From an uncultured Chloroflexia bacterium (GTDB lineage: Bacteria; Chloroflexota; Anaerolineae; CG2-30-64-16), in assembly GCA_963810095.1 (NCBI GenBank), contig CAWEMM010000012.1, positions 448,001 through 512,000 on the forward strand: DNA of 64,000 nt. Reading direction: 5' to 3'. Positions within the stretch are counted from its first letter, which is position 1; each line of letters begins with the position of its first letter. The notes beneath the pieces were generated by a model. It was not told the DNA's origin. It was given only the letters and a program-made list of their open reading frames with translations, and ran no database searches. The position numbers and the translations under genes were made by a program. Shown here one piece after another: positions 9,609-18,738 of this stretch.

Positions 9609-11429
9609 ATGAAGAGCATGAGGTGGGTTCCGCGCGTTCTGGTCGTGGTATTGGTGCTGGCTGCCGTGGCGGCCGGCGTCTCGGGCAGCAGTGCTGTGAG
9701 TGCGACGGGCATCCTGGGTAACAAGATCCTGGCGCACCAGTTGGACATCGAACTGGGCCGCGTGAAGCCTCAGAAATGGGAGCAACCGGTTTCATCAGGC
9801 GCCATGTATGCCCTGCTGGGCATCACCGGCGAACTGGACAAGCGAGCGGACGCGGCGGGACCGAACGCGCCGCGGCGCTTCAGCCCGCCCAGGGCGGGGA
9901 CCCTCGGCTGCCCGAACGCCTACGTGGGCAACGGGGAAGTGAACAACCGCGTCAACCGGGACTGCTCTTACCGGCGGCAGGCCGAAGAGGTGGTCGCAAT
10001 CAACCCGACGAACCGTCTGAACCTGGTCGCCGGCCAGAACGATTCTCGGATCGGCTTCAACCACTGCGGTTATGACTTCTCCTTTGACGGCGGCAAGACC
10101 TGGGGCGACATGGTCCCGCCGTTCTACGGGTATATCATGCCCGACGGGCACACGGCCGATGCCTGCAGCGACCCGACGGCCACCTTCGATTCGGGCGGCA
10201 ACGCCTACATTGGCGGCATCCTCTTTGACATTAACTCGGCCGCCAGCTCGTTTGTCGTCGCAAAATCCAACGCCCCGAACGGGGGCCAGTTCTATCACAC
10301 GCCGGCCGATCTGCCATACCAGGAGTTCAGGACCGATCCGCTGGGGATCGTGGCCGCAGACAACGACCCCAACGTCTTCCATGACAAGGAGTTCATCGTC
10401 GCGGATGCGAATCCGGCCAGCCCGAAGAAGGATACGGTCTACGCGACCTGGACGCGGTTTGCGGTCACGAACGAAGGCGTCGGCGCCGACAGCCCGATCT
10501 ACTTCAGCCAGTCCACGGACGGCGGCGCGACTTGGTCGCCCGGAATCGAGATCAGCGGCGCCAACCCGGCATTCTGCACCGATTTCAGCGGCCAGGCGAA
10601 CCCGAATGCTTGCGACCAGGACCAGGGCTCGCATCCGTTCGTGGGTCCCGATGGCACGCTCTACGTCGGTTTCGCAAACGGTAACACTCCGACTCTGGGG
10701 ATCAACAACGTGCTGCTGGTCTCGTGCCCCGCGACGGCCGACTGCTCCAATCCGGCGAGCTGGACCGCCCCATCCAAGGCCGGCGACACCTACTGGACCT
10801 TGCCGTTCGGTCCCGATCCGAACACGGGCTGCCCGCCCGGCCGGCAGTGCGTCCCGCCTAACGGCTACCGCACCGACTCATTCACCTCGATCTCCGTCTC
10901 AGTCGACCGGAACAACACGGTCTATCTGAGTTGGGAGGACTCGCGCAACCTGGGCGCGAGCTGCAACCCGCTGGGCGACGCGGCGACCGCAACGGGCCCG
11001 TGCGATACCGACGTCCGCTACGCGTACTCGACGGACAAGGGCGCGACGTGGAGCCCCGAAGTCCAGGTCACCCCTCCTGGCACCGCACAATGGATGCCCT
11101 GGAGCGCGGTCGCACCCGACGGCGGCACGTTCTACATTACCTACTATGATCGCCGGCACGGGGACTGCGAGACGACGGGCTGCAACGACATCACGGTCGC
11201 CAAGGTCCGCCAGCCAACCACGGCAACGCCGAAGGTCAGTTATGAGCGCCTGACGACGTCATCCATGCCAAACCTGACAACGGCGAACAACCCGATCCAG
11301 GCCGGGTTCCTGGGCGACTACATGTGGGTTGCGACCGATGCGACGGGGAAAGCATACGTGGTGTGGGCCGACACCCGCGGGCTGAACAGCACGATCGAGG
11401 AGGACATCTACTTCACGACCACTAAGTAG
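9609..11429 (+). CDS. Secreted BNR/Asp-box repeat (sialidase-fold beta-propeller) protein
   Basis: Signal peptide; Asp-boxes SFDGGKTW, STDGGATW, STDKGATW; C-terminal FLGDY; many Cys pairs. Confidence 0.8.
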   Translation: MKSMRWVPRVLVVVLVLAAVAAGVSGSSAVSATGILGNKILAHQLDIELGRVKPQKWEQPVSSGAMYALLGITGELDKRADAAGPNAPRRFSPPRAGTLGCPNAYVGNGEVNNRVNRDCSYRRQAEEVVAINPTNRLNLVAGQNDSRIGFNHCGYDFSFDGGKTWGDMVPPFYGYIMPDGHTADACSDPTATFDSGGNAYIGGILFDINSAASSFVVAKSNAPNGGQFYHTPADLPYQEFRTDPLGIVAADNDPNVFHDKEFIVADANPASPKKDTVYATWTRFAVTNEGVGADSPIYFSQSTDGGATWSPGIEISGANPAFCTDFSGQANPNACDQDQGSHPFVGPDGTLYVGFANGNTPTLGINNVLLVSCPATADCSNPASWTAPSKAGDTYWTLPFGPDPNTGCPPGRQCVPPNGYRTDSFTSISVSVDRNNTVYLSWEDSRNLGASCNPLGDAATATGPCDTDVRYAYSTDKGATWSPEVQVTPPGTAQWMPWSAVAPDGGTFYITYYDRRHGDCETTGCNDITVAKVRQPTTATPKVSYERLTTSSMPNLTTANNPIQAGFLGDYMWVATDATGKAYVVWADTRGLNSTIEEDIYFTTTK

Positions 11430-11445
11430 CATTAAGATCACAAGC

Positions 11446-11525
11446 GGGACGCGGATTGAACTGGTGAAACTGATCTGCCTGCTTCCGACTGCGGCAGTCA
11501 GGCAGACCAGTTCAATCTGCGTCCC
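11446..11525. repeat. Family B palindromic repeat between convergent genes
   Basis: gggacgcggattgaactgg ... ccagttcaatctgcgtccc. Confidence 0.75.
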
Positions 11526-11540
11526 ATTCTGCAGCGGGAC

Positions 11541-12608
11541 CTAGCAGCCGCCCGTTTCTTCCCACGTGCGCAGGCCCTGGCGGCTCAGGTAGATGGGAAT
11601 GTGCTGCCACAGCGCATTCGTCTGCTCCAGCTCGCGGATCATCGCGCGCTTGGCCGACGACATCTCGCCGCACAGAATGGCGACACTGCCGCCGTCGCCC
11701 CCCGCGCCGTTGACCTTCCAGCCCAGCGCACCGTGTCCTTTCGCGATCTCGATAATCTGCCAGGCTTCCGCGCCCACCAGCTCAGGATGCAGCTGCGCCT
11801 GTGCGCGCGTGTTGTCGGCCATGGCCGCGCCCAGTGCGGCCCAATCGCCCTCGTAGACCGCATCGCGTGATCGCTCCGCCGTCGTGCGCAGGGCCTCGAG
11901 CCGTGGGGAGTTGGGCCCTTCACCTTCGAGCTCGCGAATCACCTTCTTGTGCACGTCCGACGACGAGTGCGACTTACCCAGGAAAATCAGGGCCAGCCGG
12001 CGCTCGAGCTCCCACCAGGCAGCATTGGAGACCTGGATCGGCGAGACGGACGCGGTGGGGTACTGAAACATCTCGATGAAGTTGATCCCGCCGTATGCCG
12101 ACGCCAACTGGTCCTGGATACCCGACTGCTGCCCCAGCTCTTCGGTCTCGATGGCCCATGCCGTATAGGCGACCTCGTGCGGCGTCAGCCGGCCAGGCGT
12201 GAGGCGGTCCAGCGCGCCCACCAGCGCGACGGTGACGGCAGCCGAGGTGCCTGTCGACGCACCGCCGGGCGCTTCCGAAAAGATGGTCAGGTGAATCGCC
12301 ATGTCCTCGGGCACCCGCATCCGGCGGATCGCCGCCTCGAGCAGCGGATGCTTCTGCCAGCCATTCATCCGCAGGTCGCGCACGTAGTGGTCGCCGTAAT
12401 TCTCGGCATGGATCACGACGCGGTCGCCCCCAGACCCCTTGTCGAAAGGATACACCTGGATTTGAACCTCGGCGTAGGGATAGACGCCGATGTTGAAGAT
12501 CTTGCCGTGGCCTGCGAACCAGGTGTCCGTCCAGCCGCCGTTGTCGCAGATCCGGATGGGGGCGACGGCGTTGACGATGCGCAGGGGGCGAAGGGGGGAC
12601 TCGGTCAT
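11541..12608 (-). CDS. GHMP-family kinase (HddA/galactokinase-like)
   Basis: APIRICDNGGWTD, PGGASTGTSAA (variant of the GHMP ATP loop), GIQDQ, KVNGAGGDGG. Confidence 0.88.
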   Translation of the reverse strand: MTESPLRPLRIVNAVAPIRICDNGGWTDTWFAGHGKIFNIGVYPYAEVQIQVYPFDKGSGGDRVVIHAENYGDHYVRDLRMNGWQKHPLLEAAIRRMRVPEDMAIHLTIFSEAPGGASTGTSAAVTVALVGALDRLTPGRLTPHEVAYTAWAIETEELGQQSGIQDQLASAYGGINFIEMFQYPTASVSPIQVSNAAWWELERRLALIFLGKSHSSSDVHKKVIRELEGEGPNSPRLEALRTTAERSRDAVYEGDWAALGAAMADNTRAQAQLHPELVGAEAWQIIEIAKGHGALGWKVNGAGGDGGSVAILCGEMSSAKRAMIRELEQTNALWQHIPIYLSRQGLRTWEETGGC

Positions 12609-12625
12609 CGGGAAACCTCTTTCAG

Positions 12626-12696
12626 CACAAAGTCGCGAAGACACGAAGGGTCACCGAGCTCTTCGTGAGGCTTCGTGGCTTGGTGTCTTCGTGGTT
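12626..12696. repeat. Family A palindromic repeat
   Basis: cacaaagtcgcgaagacacgaag ... cttcgtggcttggtgtcttcgtggtt. Confidence 0.8.
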
Positions 12697-13849
12697 AGCT
12701 CACAGGTGCGCCGACGCGCAAGTTGGGTGAGACGACAGGCAGGCTGAGCAAGATGAAGCCCAGGAGCAGGCTGAGCGGCAGCACCCACAGTGCGACTGCA
12801 AACGAGTTAGCCGCGGTCAGGGCTGTCACCAACAGCGGGACGACGACCCCGCCCATCGGGATGCCGATCTTGACTGCACCGAGCACGGTGCCGGTCATGT
12901 CGCGGTAGGCCAGGCCGGCGTACGACAGGATCAAGGGCAGTTGGGCCGAGAGGCACGCGCCTGCCACGCATGCCATAACCCACGTCAGCGGGCCGAGGTC
13001 GACCAGGAACAAGAGGCCGAACGACGCGACGCCCAAGCCAAAGAGCACCCGCATCATGCTGCGCAGCCGCTCGGGCCGCACCAGCACGCCGACAATCACC
13101 CGCCCCGTAATCATGCCTGCGTACATGACGATGAGGCCGAACTGGGCCGCCCGTGGCGCGAAGTCGCGTAGGTCGGCGAGATACGTGCTGAGCAGCCCGA
13201 TGGTGGCGGACTCCACGCCGGCCGACAGCAGGATCGCCAGGAACAAAACCAGGATGAGGCGGCTGCGGCCAATGACCGCCAACTTCTCGCGGAAGGTCGT
13301 ACCTGCTCCGCGCAACTGCTTCATCCGCACGAGCACGAACACCACGGCCAGCAGCGCCACGGCCACCGCCGCCTGCACCAGCGCGCTGCGCCACTCGAGC
13401 GAGAGGAAAATGAGGTAGAGCGCGATCAAGGCCGACCCAAACGTGACAAAGAGGTGGTTGACGTTGACGAAGGTCGCCGCTCGGCGCTCGTGCAGATCGA
13501 ACAACATCGCATCGGCCACGCCCTCGTAGGTGCCAACGCCCACACCGACCAGCATCATAACCAACGCGTTGAGCCAGAACACCTGCGTGCGAAAGAACGC
13601 AAAGAAGGCCAGCGCGGTGATCACGCTGCCGACGGCCAGGATGCGGGGCTTGGAGTGGGTGTCGGCCAGCGCGCCGCTGACGGCCACCGACACGCCAAAC
13701 CCGACATTCTGCACCGCGAGCAGGATGCCGATCTGCTGCGGGGTCAGCCCAATGTTCCGCGCCGCGGCCCCGATGATCGAATATCCCACCCCCAGAAAGA
13801 ACATGGCGGCGAAGGATGCAGCAGTGATGGCGCGTGGGTTGCGGATCAC
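12695..13849 (-). CDS. MFS transporter
   Basis: About 12 hydrophobic segments, SGALADTHSKPR motif-A variant; GTG start with RBS. Confidence 0.88.
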   Translation of the reverse strand: MIRNPRAITAASFAAMFFLGVGYSIIGAAARNIGLTPQQIGILLAVQNVGFGVSVAVSGALADTHSKPRILAVGSVITALAFFAFFRTQVFWLNALVMMLVGVGVGTYEGVADAMLFDLHERRAATFVNVNHLFVTFGSALIALYLIFLSLEWRSALVQAAVAVALLAVVFVLVRMKQLRGAGTTFREKLAVIGRSRLILVLFLAILLSAGVESATIGLLSTYLADLRDFAPRAAQFGLIVMYAGMITGRVIVGVLVRPERLRSMMRVLFGLGVASFGLLFLVDLGPLTWVMACVAGACLSAQLPLILSYAGLAYRDMTGTVLGAVKIGIPMGGVVVPLLVTALTAANSFAVALWVLPLSLLLGFILLSLPVVSPNLRVGAPVS

Positions 13850-13870
13850 AGGGTCTCCTGGTGGGGTGGA

Positions 13871-13962
13871 ATGGAACGCAGATCAAACTGATTGAACTGA
13901 TCGCTATGATCTTTGAGAAGGAATCATCCGAATCAGTTCGATCAGTCAAATCTGCGTCCAAT
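13871..13962. repeat. Family B palindromic repeat
   Basis: acgcagatcaaactgattgaactgat ... atcagttcgatcagtcaaatctgcgt. Confidence 0.8.
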
Positions 13963-13964
13963 TA

Positions 13965-15245
13965 TTACTTGCGGTGGTGCAGGTTCGTCGCCGCGATCCA
14001 GCTCAGGCCGGCCTCCGTGAGGACGCGGGCCGTGCGATTCACCGACTCGTGCTTGTCCAGGTAGTTCTGGAGCAGTACGTCCATCTCGTGCGCATCCTCA
14101 ATCTCTTCCTTCTTGCGGAAGTAGTCGAGAATGCTTGACGAATGGGCCCGCGTCGCTTCCACGTCGGGGTCGCCACCCTCGTGCTTCGCCGAAATGTTGG
14201 GCACGTGGTCGGCCAGCTGAACCAACTCGTCGCGGCGGTTGTATGGCTGGATGACGATATGACGGTACGCCTCGGTGATGTGGTGCTCGAAGCGGACCAC
14301 CTGCTCGAACCCGAGCAGCTTGCGGAACTGCGCCGTGATCTCGAGGGTCTCGTTGTTAGCCGAGTTGCCCCAGTTGAAGCCGATCAGCGGCGAGGTGCCA
14401 TCGTCGCGCGAGAAGAGCTTCGCGGCCATCAGGGTCCACAACGCGGCGAACGGGTTGTCGTTCCCCACGAACACGCTGATCTTAAACTCGTTCTGGATGC
14501 CCAGCTTGTAGAGCAGGTAGCCCGCCAGAATGGTGCCCGGGTTGATGTTCAAGACCTGCCGAGTGCCGTAGGTGGTGTAGTAATAGAGGAACTCGTCCAC
14601 CCACATGAGCACGTGGTCGTTCGGCTGGCCCACGCCGCCAAAGTAGCCCGTAATCGTGTCTGGCCCGCCAAGGTGGATGTTCGAGCCGTCGGTGCCCTTC
14701 GTGTCGAGTGTTTCGACGTACGAAGCGCCCATGATCTGCATCGCAGCCGCGAGCGCCAGCATGTCGCCGCAGTCACCCTCCGATTCGCGCATCTTACGCA
14801 CGCGAATGTAGCGACCCGGCATCAACTCGCACTTCTCGATGGACTGTCGCGCTTCCGCAATCAGCCAGGGGAAATACTGGGTCGCGCTGATCTCCAGCGT
14901 AACGGCGAATTCATCCTTGAACGCTGTCGTCTCGGCCCGCTCGCCGAGCACCTGTTTCCGATATGCCGCCTCGGTGACGAAGGCGCCCGCGTCCCGCTGC
15001 TTTTGCAGCCAGATCAGGTCGTCCAGGTAGCAGCAATCGTGTTCGGCCAGCCGGGTCATCAGGTTGTCGAGGTCGCGCGCCTTGGCAGCCTTCGCGTTGA
15101 TTTCCTCCGGCGTGCCATACTTCGCCACGACGTCCAGCAGGTCGTTGATCACCCGCAGGTTCGGGTCCAGCAGCAGCGAGTTAAGGTCATCCAATCGTGC
15201 CTGAGGGATGCGCAGCCTCGCGCGTAGCTCGTCTCTGTTAGCCAC
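13965..15245 (-). CDS. Protein of unknown function (426 aa, enzyme-like), directly downstream of panB
   Basis: Long ORF with typical codon usage, GAGG RBS and GTG start; Gly/His/Asp-rich segment ETLDTKGTDGSNIHLGG..ITGYFGGVGQPN; no family recognised. Confidence 0.85.
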   Translation of the reverse strand: MANRDELRARLRIPQARLDDLNSLLLDPNLRVINDLLDVVAKYGTPEEINAKAAKARDLDNLMTRLAEHDCCYLDDLIWLQKQRDAGAFVTEAAYRKQVLGERAETTAFKDEFAVTLEISATQYFPWLIAEARQSIEKCELMPGRYIRVRKMRESEGDCGDMLALAAAMQIMGASYVETLDTKGTDGSNIHLGGPDTITGYFGGVGQPNDHVLMWVDEFLYYYTTYGTRQVLNINPGTILAGYLLYKLGIQNEFKISVFVGNDNPFAALWTLMAAKLFSRDDGTSPLIGFNWGNSANNETLEITAQFRKLLGFEQVVRFEHHITEAYRHIVIQPYNRRDELVQLADHVPNISAKHEGGDPDVEATRAHSSSILDYFRKKEEIEDAHEMDVLLQNYLDKHESVNRTARVLTEAGLSWIAATNLHHRK

Positions 15246-15269
15246 AGTTCACCTCGCAGTTAGGGATTT

Positions 15270-15331
15270 CACCACAAAGGCACAAAGACACGCAGCTAAG
15301 GATGCCATTGTGCCTTCGTGTCTTTGTGTTA
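15270..15331. repeat. Family A palindromic repeat
   Basis: caccacaaaggcacaaagacac ... tgtgccttcgtgtctttgtgtt. Confidence 0.85.
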
Positions 15332-16198
15332 TTGCTTGTTGTCTTCCGCGATGAGCCGCTTGAGCTCGACCAACTCTTCTTCCTTGATGCCGAAGTAGCG
15401 CTCGGGATCGGGGAACTTCTTGCTCGTCACCTCGTTGACGTACTCCTTCAGCCCGTCGCCGATGACCTTGCCGGCGTCGCCGTACTTCTTTGCCATCTTC
15501 GGCGTGAAGCGCGGGTAGAGGCCGAACATGTCATGGAAGATCAGGAGTTGCCCGTGTGCGTTGGGTCCGCTGCCCAGCGAAATGATCGGCACCTTCGAGC
15601 GCTCGGTAATGATCTGGCAGACCTGGTCGGGCACCAGCTCGAGCAGGATTGCCATTGCGCCGGCATCCTCCAGCGCCTTTGCGTCGTCCACGATCTTCTT
15701 CGCCTGTTTGCCGCTCTTGCCCTGCAGGCGGAAGCCGCCAAGTGAGGACACGCTTTGCGGGGTTAGCCCCAGGTGCCCCATGACCGGGATGCCCGCGGCC
15801 ACGATCGCGCGCACCCGCGAGCAAACCTCGATCCCGCCTTCCAGCTTGATCCCATCACACGCGGCCTCGGCCATGAACCGGCCCGCGTTCAGCACGGCGG
15901 ACTCGTCTGACGCCTGGTAGCTCATGTAGGGCATGTCGCCGATGAGCCAGCCGTTGGGAGTGCCGCGGCGCACGGCCTGGGCGTGGCGGATCATGTCGGT
16001 CATCGTAACAGGGAGGGTCGAATCGAACCCGAGGATGGTCATCCCCAGGCTGTCGCCGACGAGAACGATGTCGATGCCGGCCTGTTCCACCAGGTAGGCC
16101 ATCGGGTAATCGTAGCACGTAACCATGGTGAGCGGCGTGCCCTTCGCCATCTTGTCGAAGAGCACGGGGAGCGAGACTTTCTTACGCTGTTCGGCCAT
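15329..16198 (-). CDS. panB: 3-methyl-2-oxobutanoate hydroxymethyltransferase
   Basis: TCYDY, LVGDSLG, DMPYMSY, KLEGG, GHLGLTPQ, GQLLIFHD; ATG at 16198. Confidence 0.95.
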   Translation of the reverse strand: MAEQRKKVSLPVLFDKMAKGTPLTMVTCYDYPMAYLVEQAGIDIVLVGDSLGMTILGFDSTLPVTMTDMIRHAQAVRRGTPNGWLIGDMPYMSYQASDESAVLNAGRFMAEAACDGIKLEGGIEVCSRVRAIVAAGIPVMGHLGLTPQSVSSLGGFRLQGKSGKQAKKIVDDAKALEDAGAMAILLELVPDQVCQIITERSKVPIISLGSGPNAHGQLLIFHDMFGLYPRFTPKMAKKYGDAGKVIGDGLKEYVNEVTSKKFPDPERYFGIKEEELVELKRLIAEDNKQ

Positions 16199-16431
16199 TG
16201 GGGAGTGACTCCTGTGTCGCGTTGGGTGGTTCCGAGTGCGGGCGGCGCGCACAAATACCTGACGCCACCATCCAATGCAGTTTACACGGAAACGGCGCTT
16301 TGGGCCAAACGACCCGCCCGTCTGCATCTCGGGCCCGAACACCAGGGCGGCTTTGCACCCAAGCACCAGTCGGGATACAATCCCCTCAAGCACCCTGTTG
16401 GCCTCATCGCTCTACTCGGGAGGTTCCTTCT

Positions 16432-17733
16432 ATGCTCTCTGACAGCCACACCCCACGCATGGGCATTCTCGTCGGCGGCGGACCCGCCCCCGGCATCAAC
16501 GGCGTCATTCATTCCGCCACGATCGAAGCGATCAACAACGGGATCGAAGTCGTCGGCATCTACGACGGCTTTCAGCACTTGATGGAGGGCAAGCTCGTCT
16601 CCACGCCGTTGACGATCAACAGCGTCTCGCGCATCCACCGGGACGGCGGCTCCATCCTACGAACGTCGCGGGCCAACCCCACCAAAAAAGACGAGGACCT
16701 CAAGCGGTGCGCCTGTGCATTGGCCGAGGCGGGCATCTCCTTGCTCGTGGGCATCGGTGGGGATGACACCGCCTACTCGCTCTACCGGGTTTCAAAACAC
16801 GCTTGCGAAGACATGGGGCTCGCCGTGCGGTCGGTGCACGTGCCGAAGACGATCGACAATGACCTGCCCCTGCCGGAGGGCATTCCCACCTTCGGCTTCG
16901 AGACGGCGCGGGAGGTTGGCTCGAAAATCGTGATGAACTTCATGGAGGACGCGCTGACCAGCCAGACCTGGTTTATCGTGGTCACCATGGGACGCAAAGC
17001 CGGACACCTGGCACTGGGCATTGGGAAGAGCTCAGGCGCGACGCTGACCGTGATTCCCGAAGAGTGGCACGGCCAAAAGATCCGGCTGCAGGAAGTGGTC
17101 GATATTCTCGTGACTGCCGTCATCCGGCGTCTCGTGGACGGCCGGCGCCACGGCGTCGCGCTGATCGCCGAGGGCATTCTCGAGTACCTCGACGATCGGG
17201 ATCGGGAGTACCTGCAGGGCATCGATGCGCTCGACCCCCACGGCCACGTGCGCCTGCATGACATGAACTTCTCGGACATCCTCAAGCGCTGGGTGATCAA
17301 GGACCTCGCCGGCCTGGGCATCGAAATGCAGGTGCGCGACAAGGAGTTGGGCTACGAATTGCGGTGCGCGCCGCCCATCGCCTACGATGTCGACTACACC
17401 CGCTCTCTTGGACAGGCCGCCGTCGACTTTCTGCTGCGCGGGGGCAACCACGCTACGATCAGCCTGCAGGGCAACAAGTCGGTGGACATTCCATCAGAGA
17501 CGATCATGGACCCCGCAACAGGCAAGATCGGCGTGCGTATGGTCAACCCCGACTCCTTCACCTACCAGTCCGCGCTCAAGTTCATGATCCGACTCAAGGC
17601 GGGAGACGAAAAAGATCCGATGTTCTTCCCGCGGCTGGCAATGCAGACCAATCTATCGGTGGACCGGTTCAAGGCCCGCTACGGGTACCTGATCGACGCA
17701 GCGCCGCGTCCCGACCTGCCCGGCCTGTCATGA
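16432..17733 (+). CDS. pfp: 6-phosphofructokinase, pyrophosphate-dependent type
   Basis: GGGPAPGIN, GGDDT (Asp diagnostic of PPi use), PKTIDND, MGR, LGYELRC. Confidence 0.88.
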   Translation: MLSDSHTPRMGILVGGGPAPGINGVIHSATIEAINNGIEVVGIYDGFQHLMEGKLVSTPLTINSVSRIHRDGGSILRTSRANPTKKDEDLKRCACALAEAGISLLVGIGGDDTAYSLYRVSKHACEDMGLAVRSVHVPKTIDNDLPLPEGIPTFGFETAREVGSKIVMNFMEDALTSQTWFIVVTMGRKAGHLALGIGKSSGATLTVIPEEWHGQKIRLQEVVDILVTAVIRRLVDGRRHGVALIAEGILEYLDDRDREYLQGIDALDPHGHVRLHDMNFSDILKRWVIKDLAGLGIEMQVRDKELGYELRCAPPIAYDVDYTRSLGQAAVDFLLRGGNHATISLQGNKSVDIPSETIMDPATGKIGVRMVNPDSFTYQSALKFMIRLKAGDEKDPMFFPRLAMQTNLSVDRFKARYGYLIDAAPRPDLPGLS

Positions 17734-18188
17734 TCGACGCGAACACCCGCCTCGTCACGACCCCCGACGCCCGACCCGCCGCTCAGGTCCGCTTTCGCGT
17801 CCGCTACTTCGAGACCGACGCGATGGGCATCGTCCATCACTCGGCCTACATCACGTGGTTCGAGGAGGGGCGCAGTGGTTTCACGAGAGCGATCGGCTAT
17901 CCGTATTCCCGGATGGAGCAGGAAGGCGTCAGCCTGGCCGTGGCCGAGGTCAGCGCGCGCTACCACCGTCCCGCCCGTTACGACGACGAGGTGGTGGTGC
18001 AAGCCGAGCTGACGGAGTTGGGCAGCCGGGGCATGACGTTCCGTTACGAGGTGCGGCGTGCGGAAGACGACGAGCTGCTGGTCACAGGCAGCTCCAAGCA
18101 TATCTCGGTGGACCCGCAGGGTCGGGTCACCAGGCTTGCGCCATCCCTGCGCCAGCTACTCGAAGAAAAGGTCAAGGCTGGACGCTGA
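17730..18188 (+). CDS. Acyl-CoA thioesterase (YbgC/4HBT hot-dog family)
   Basis: VRYFETDAMGIVHHSAY..WFE.GR, PARYDD; ATGA overlap with the pfk stop. Confidence 0.9.
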   Translation: MIDANTRLVTTPDARPAAQVRFRVRYFETDAMGIVHHSAYITWFEEGRSGFTRAIGYPYSRMEQEGVSLAVAEVSARYHRPARYDDEVVVQAELTELGSRGMTFRYEVRRAEDDELLVTGSSKHISVDPQGRVTRLAPSLRQLLEEKVKAGR

Positions 18189-18218
18189 CGGCCAGGGATA
18201 GATGGACCCGCATAACGC

Positions 18219-18251
18219 AGGAGCCCGGTTTCTGGCAGAAACCGGGCTCCT
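18219..18251. terminator. 16-bp perfect palindrome (repeat family C, GAAACCNGG core) between convergent genes
   Basis: aggagcccggtttctg-g-cagaaaccgggctcct. Confidence 0.7.
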
Positions 18252-18300
18252 TTCCTCATCATCTGTTCCGGGCAATCCAATCGGTTCAATCAGCGTTCCT

Positions 18301-18738
18301 TCATTCTTCGGATTCCTCAGTCTCTTCCGAATCGGGCGCGCGAGGGTCCCAACGCTCCACCGCATGCCGCTGCACGACGACGTTCCCGTCCGCCGTGCGG
18401 ATTTCGGCCGCGCCCAGGTCCCACCAGCCGACCTTGCCGCTGACCGTATCCCCATTCCACATTTGCAGGGTCAAGGGCCGGCCTTCCTGCATGGCGAAAA
18501 CAAACGCTCGATTCAGCGCCTTGCGCGGCCAATCGAGGCGCCAGCGCAGCTCATCAAATGGCACGCCGAAATAATCTGCCAACATGGCGATGGACGGATC
18601 GTCGCCAACGGCCCGGTAGCGCTGTTCCATGTACCGGTACAGACCCTTGGGCAACTCGGGCAGGGCGGCTTCGATCTCCGCGGGCGTAACCCCGCCCCGC
18701 TGGGCACGCAGCATCCGCAGGCGATCGCCGAGGCTCAT
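18301..18738 (-). CDS. XRE-type HTH plus Hfq/Sm-like domain fusion protein (short partner)
   Basis: N-terminus LGDRLRMLRAQRG...LADYFGVPFDEL (XRE); C-terminus GRPLTLQMWNGDTVSGKVGWWD...VVVQRHAVERWDP aligns by eye with Hfq [20 protein letters not shown]...MVYKHAISTVVP. Confidence 0.75.
   Translation of the reverse strand: MSLGDRLRMLRAQRGGVTPAEIEAALPELPKGLYRYMEQRYRAVGDDPSIAMLADYFGVPFDELRWRLDWPRKALNRAFVFAMQEGRPLTLQMWNGDTVSGKVGWWDLGAAEIRTADGNVVVQRHAVERWDPRAPDSEETEESEE

Noticed and set aside
16199-16431. pan RNA motif upstream of panB
   Set aside because: Only a tiny ggagt/actcc pairing over the RBS is visible, which is not enough to call the motif without a covariance-model search.
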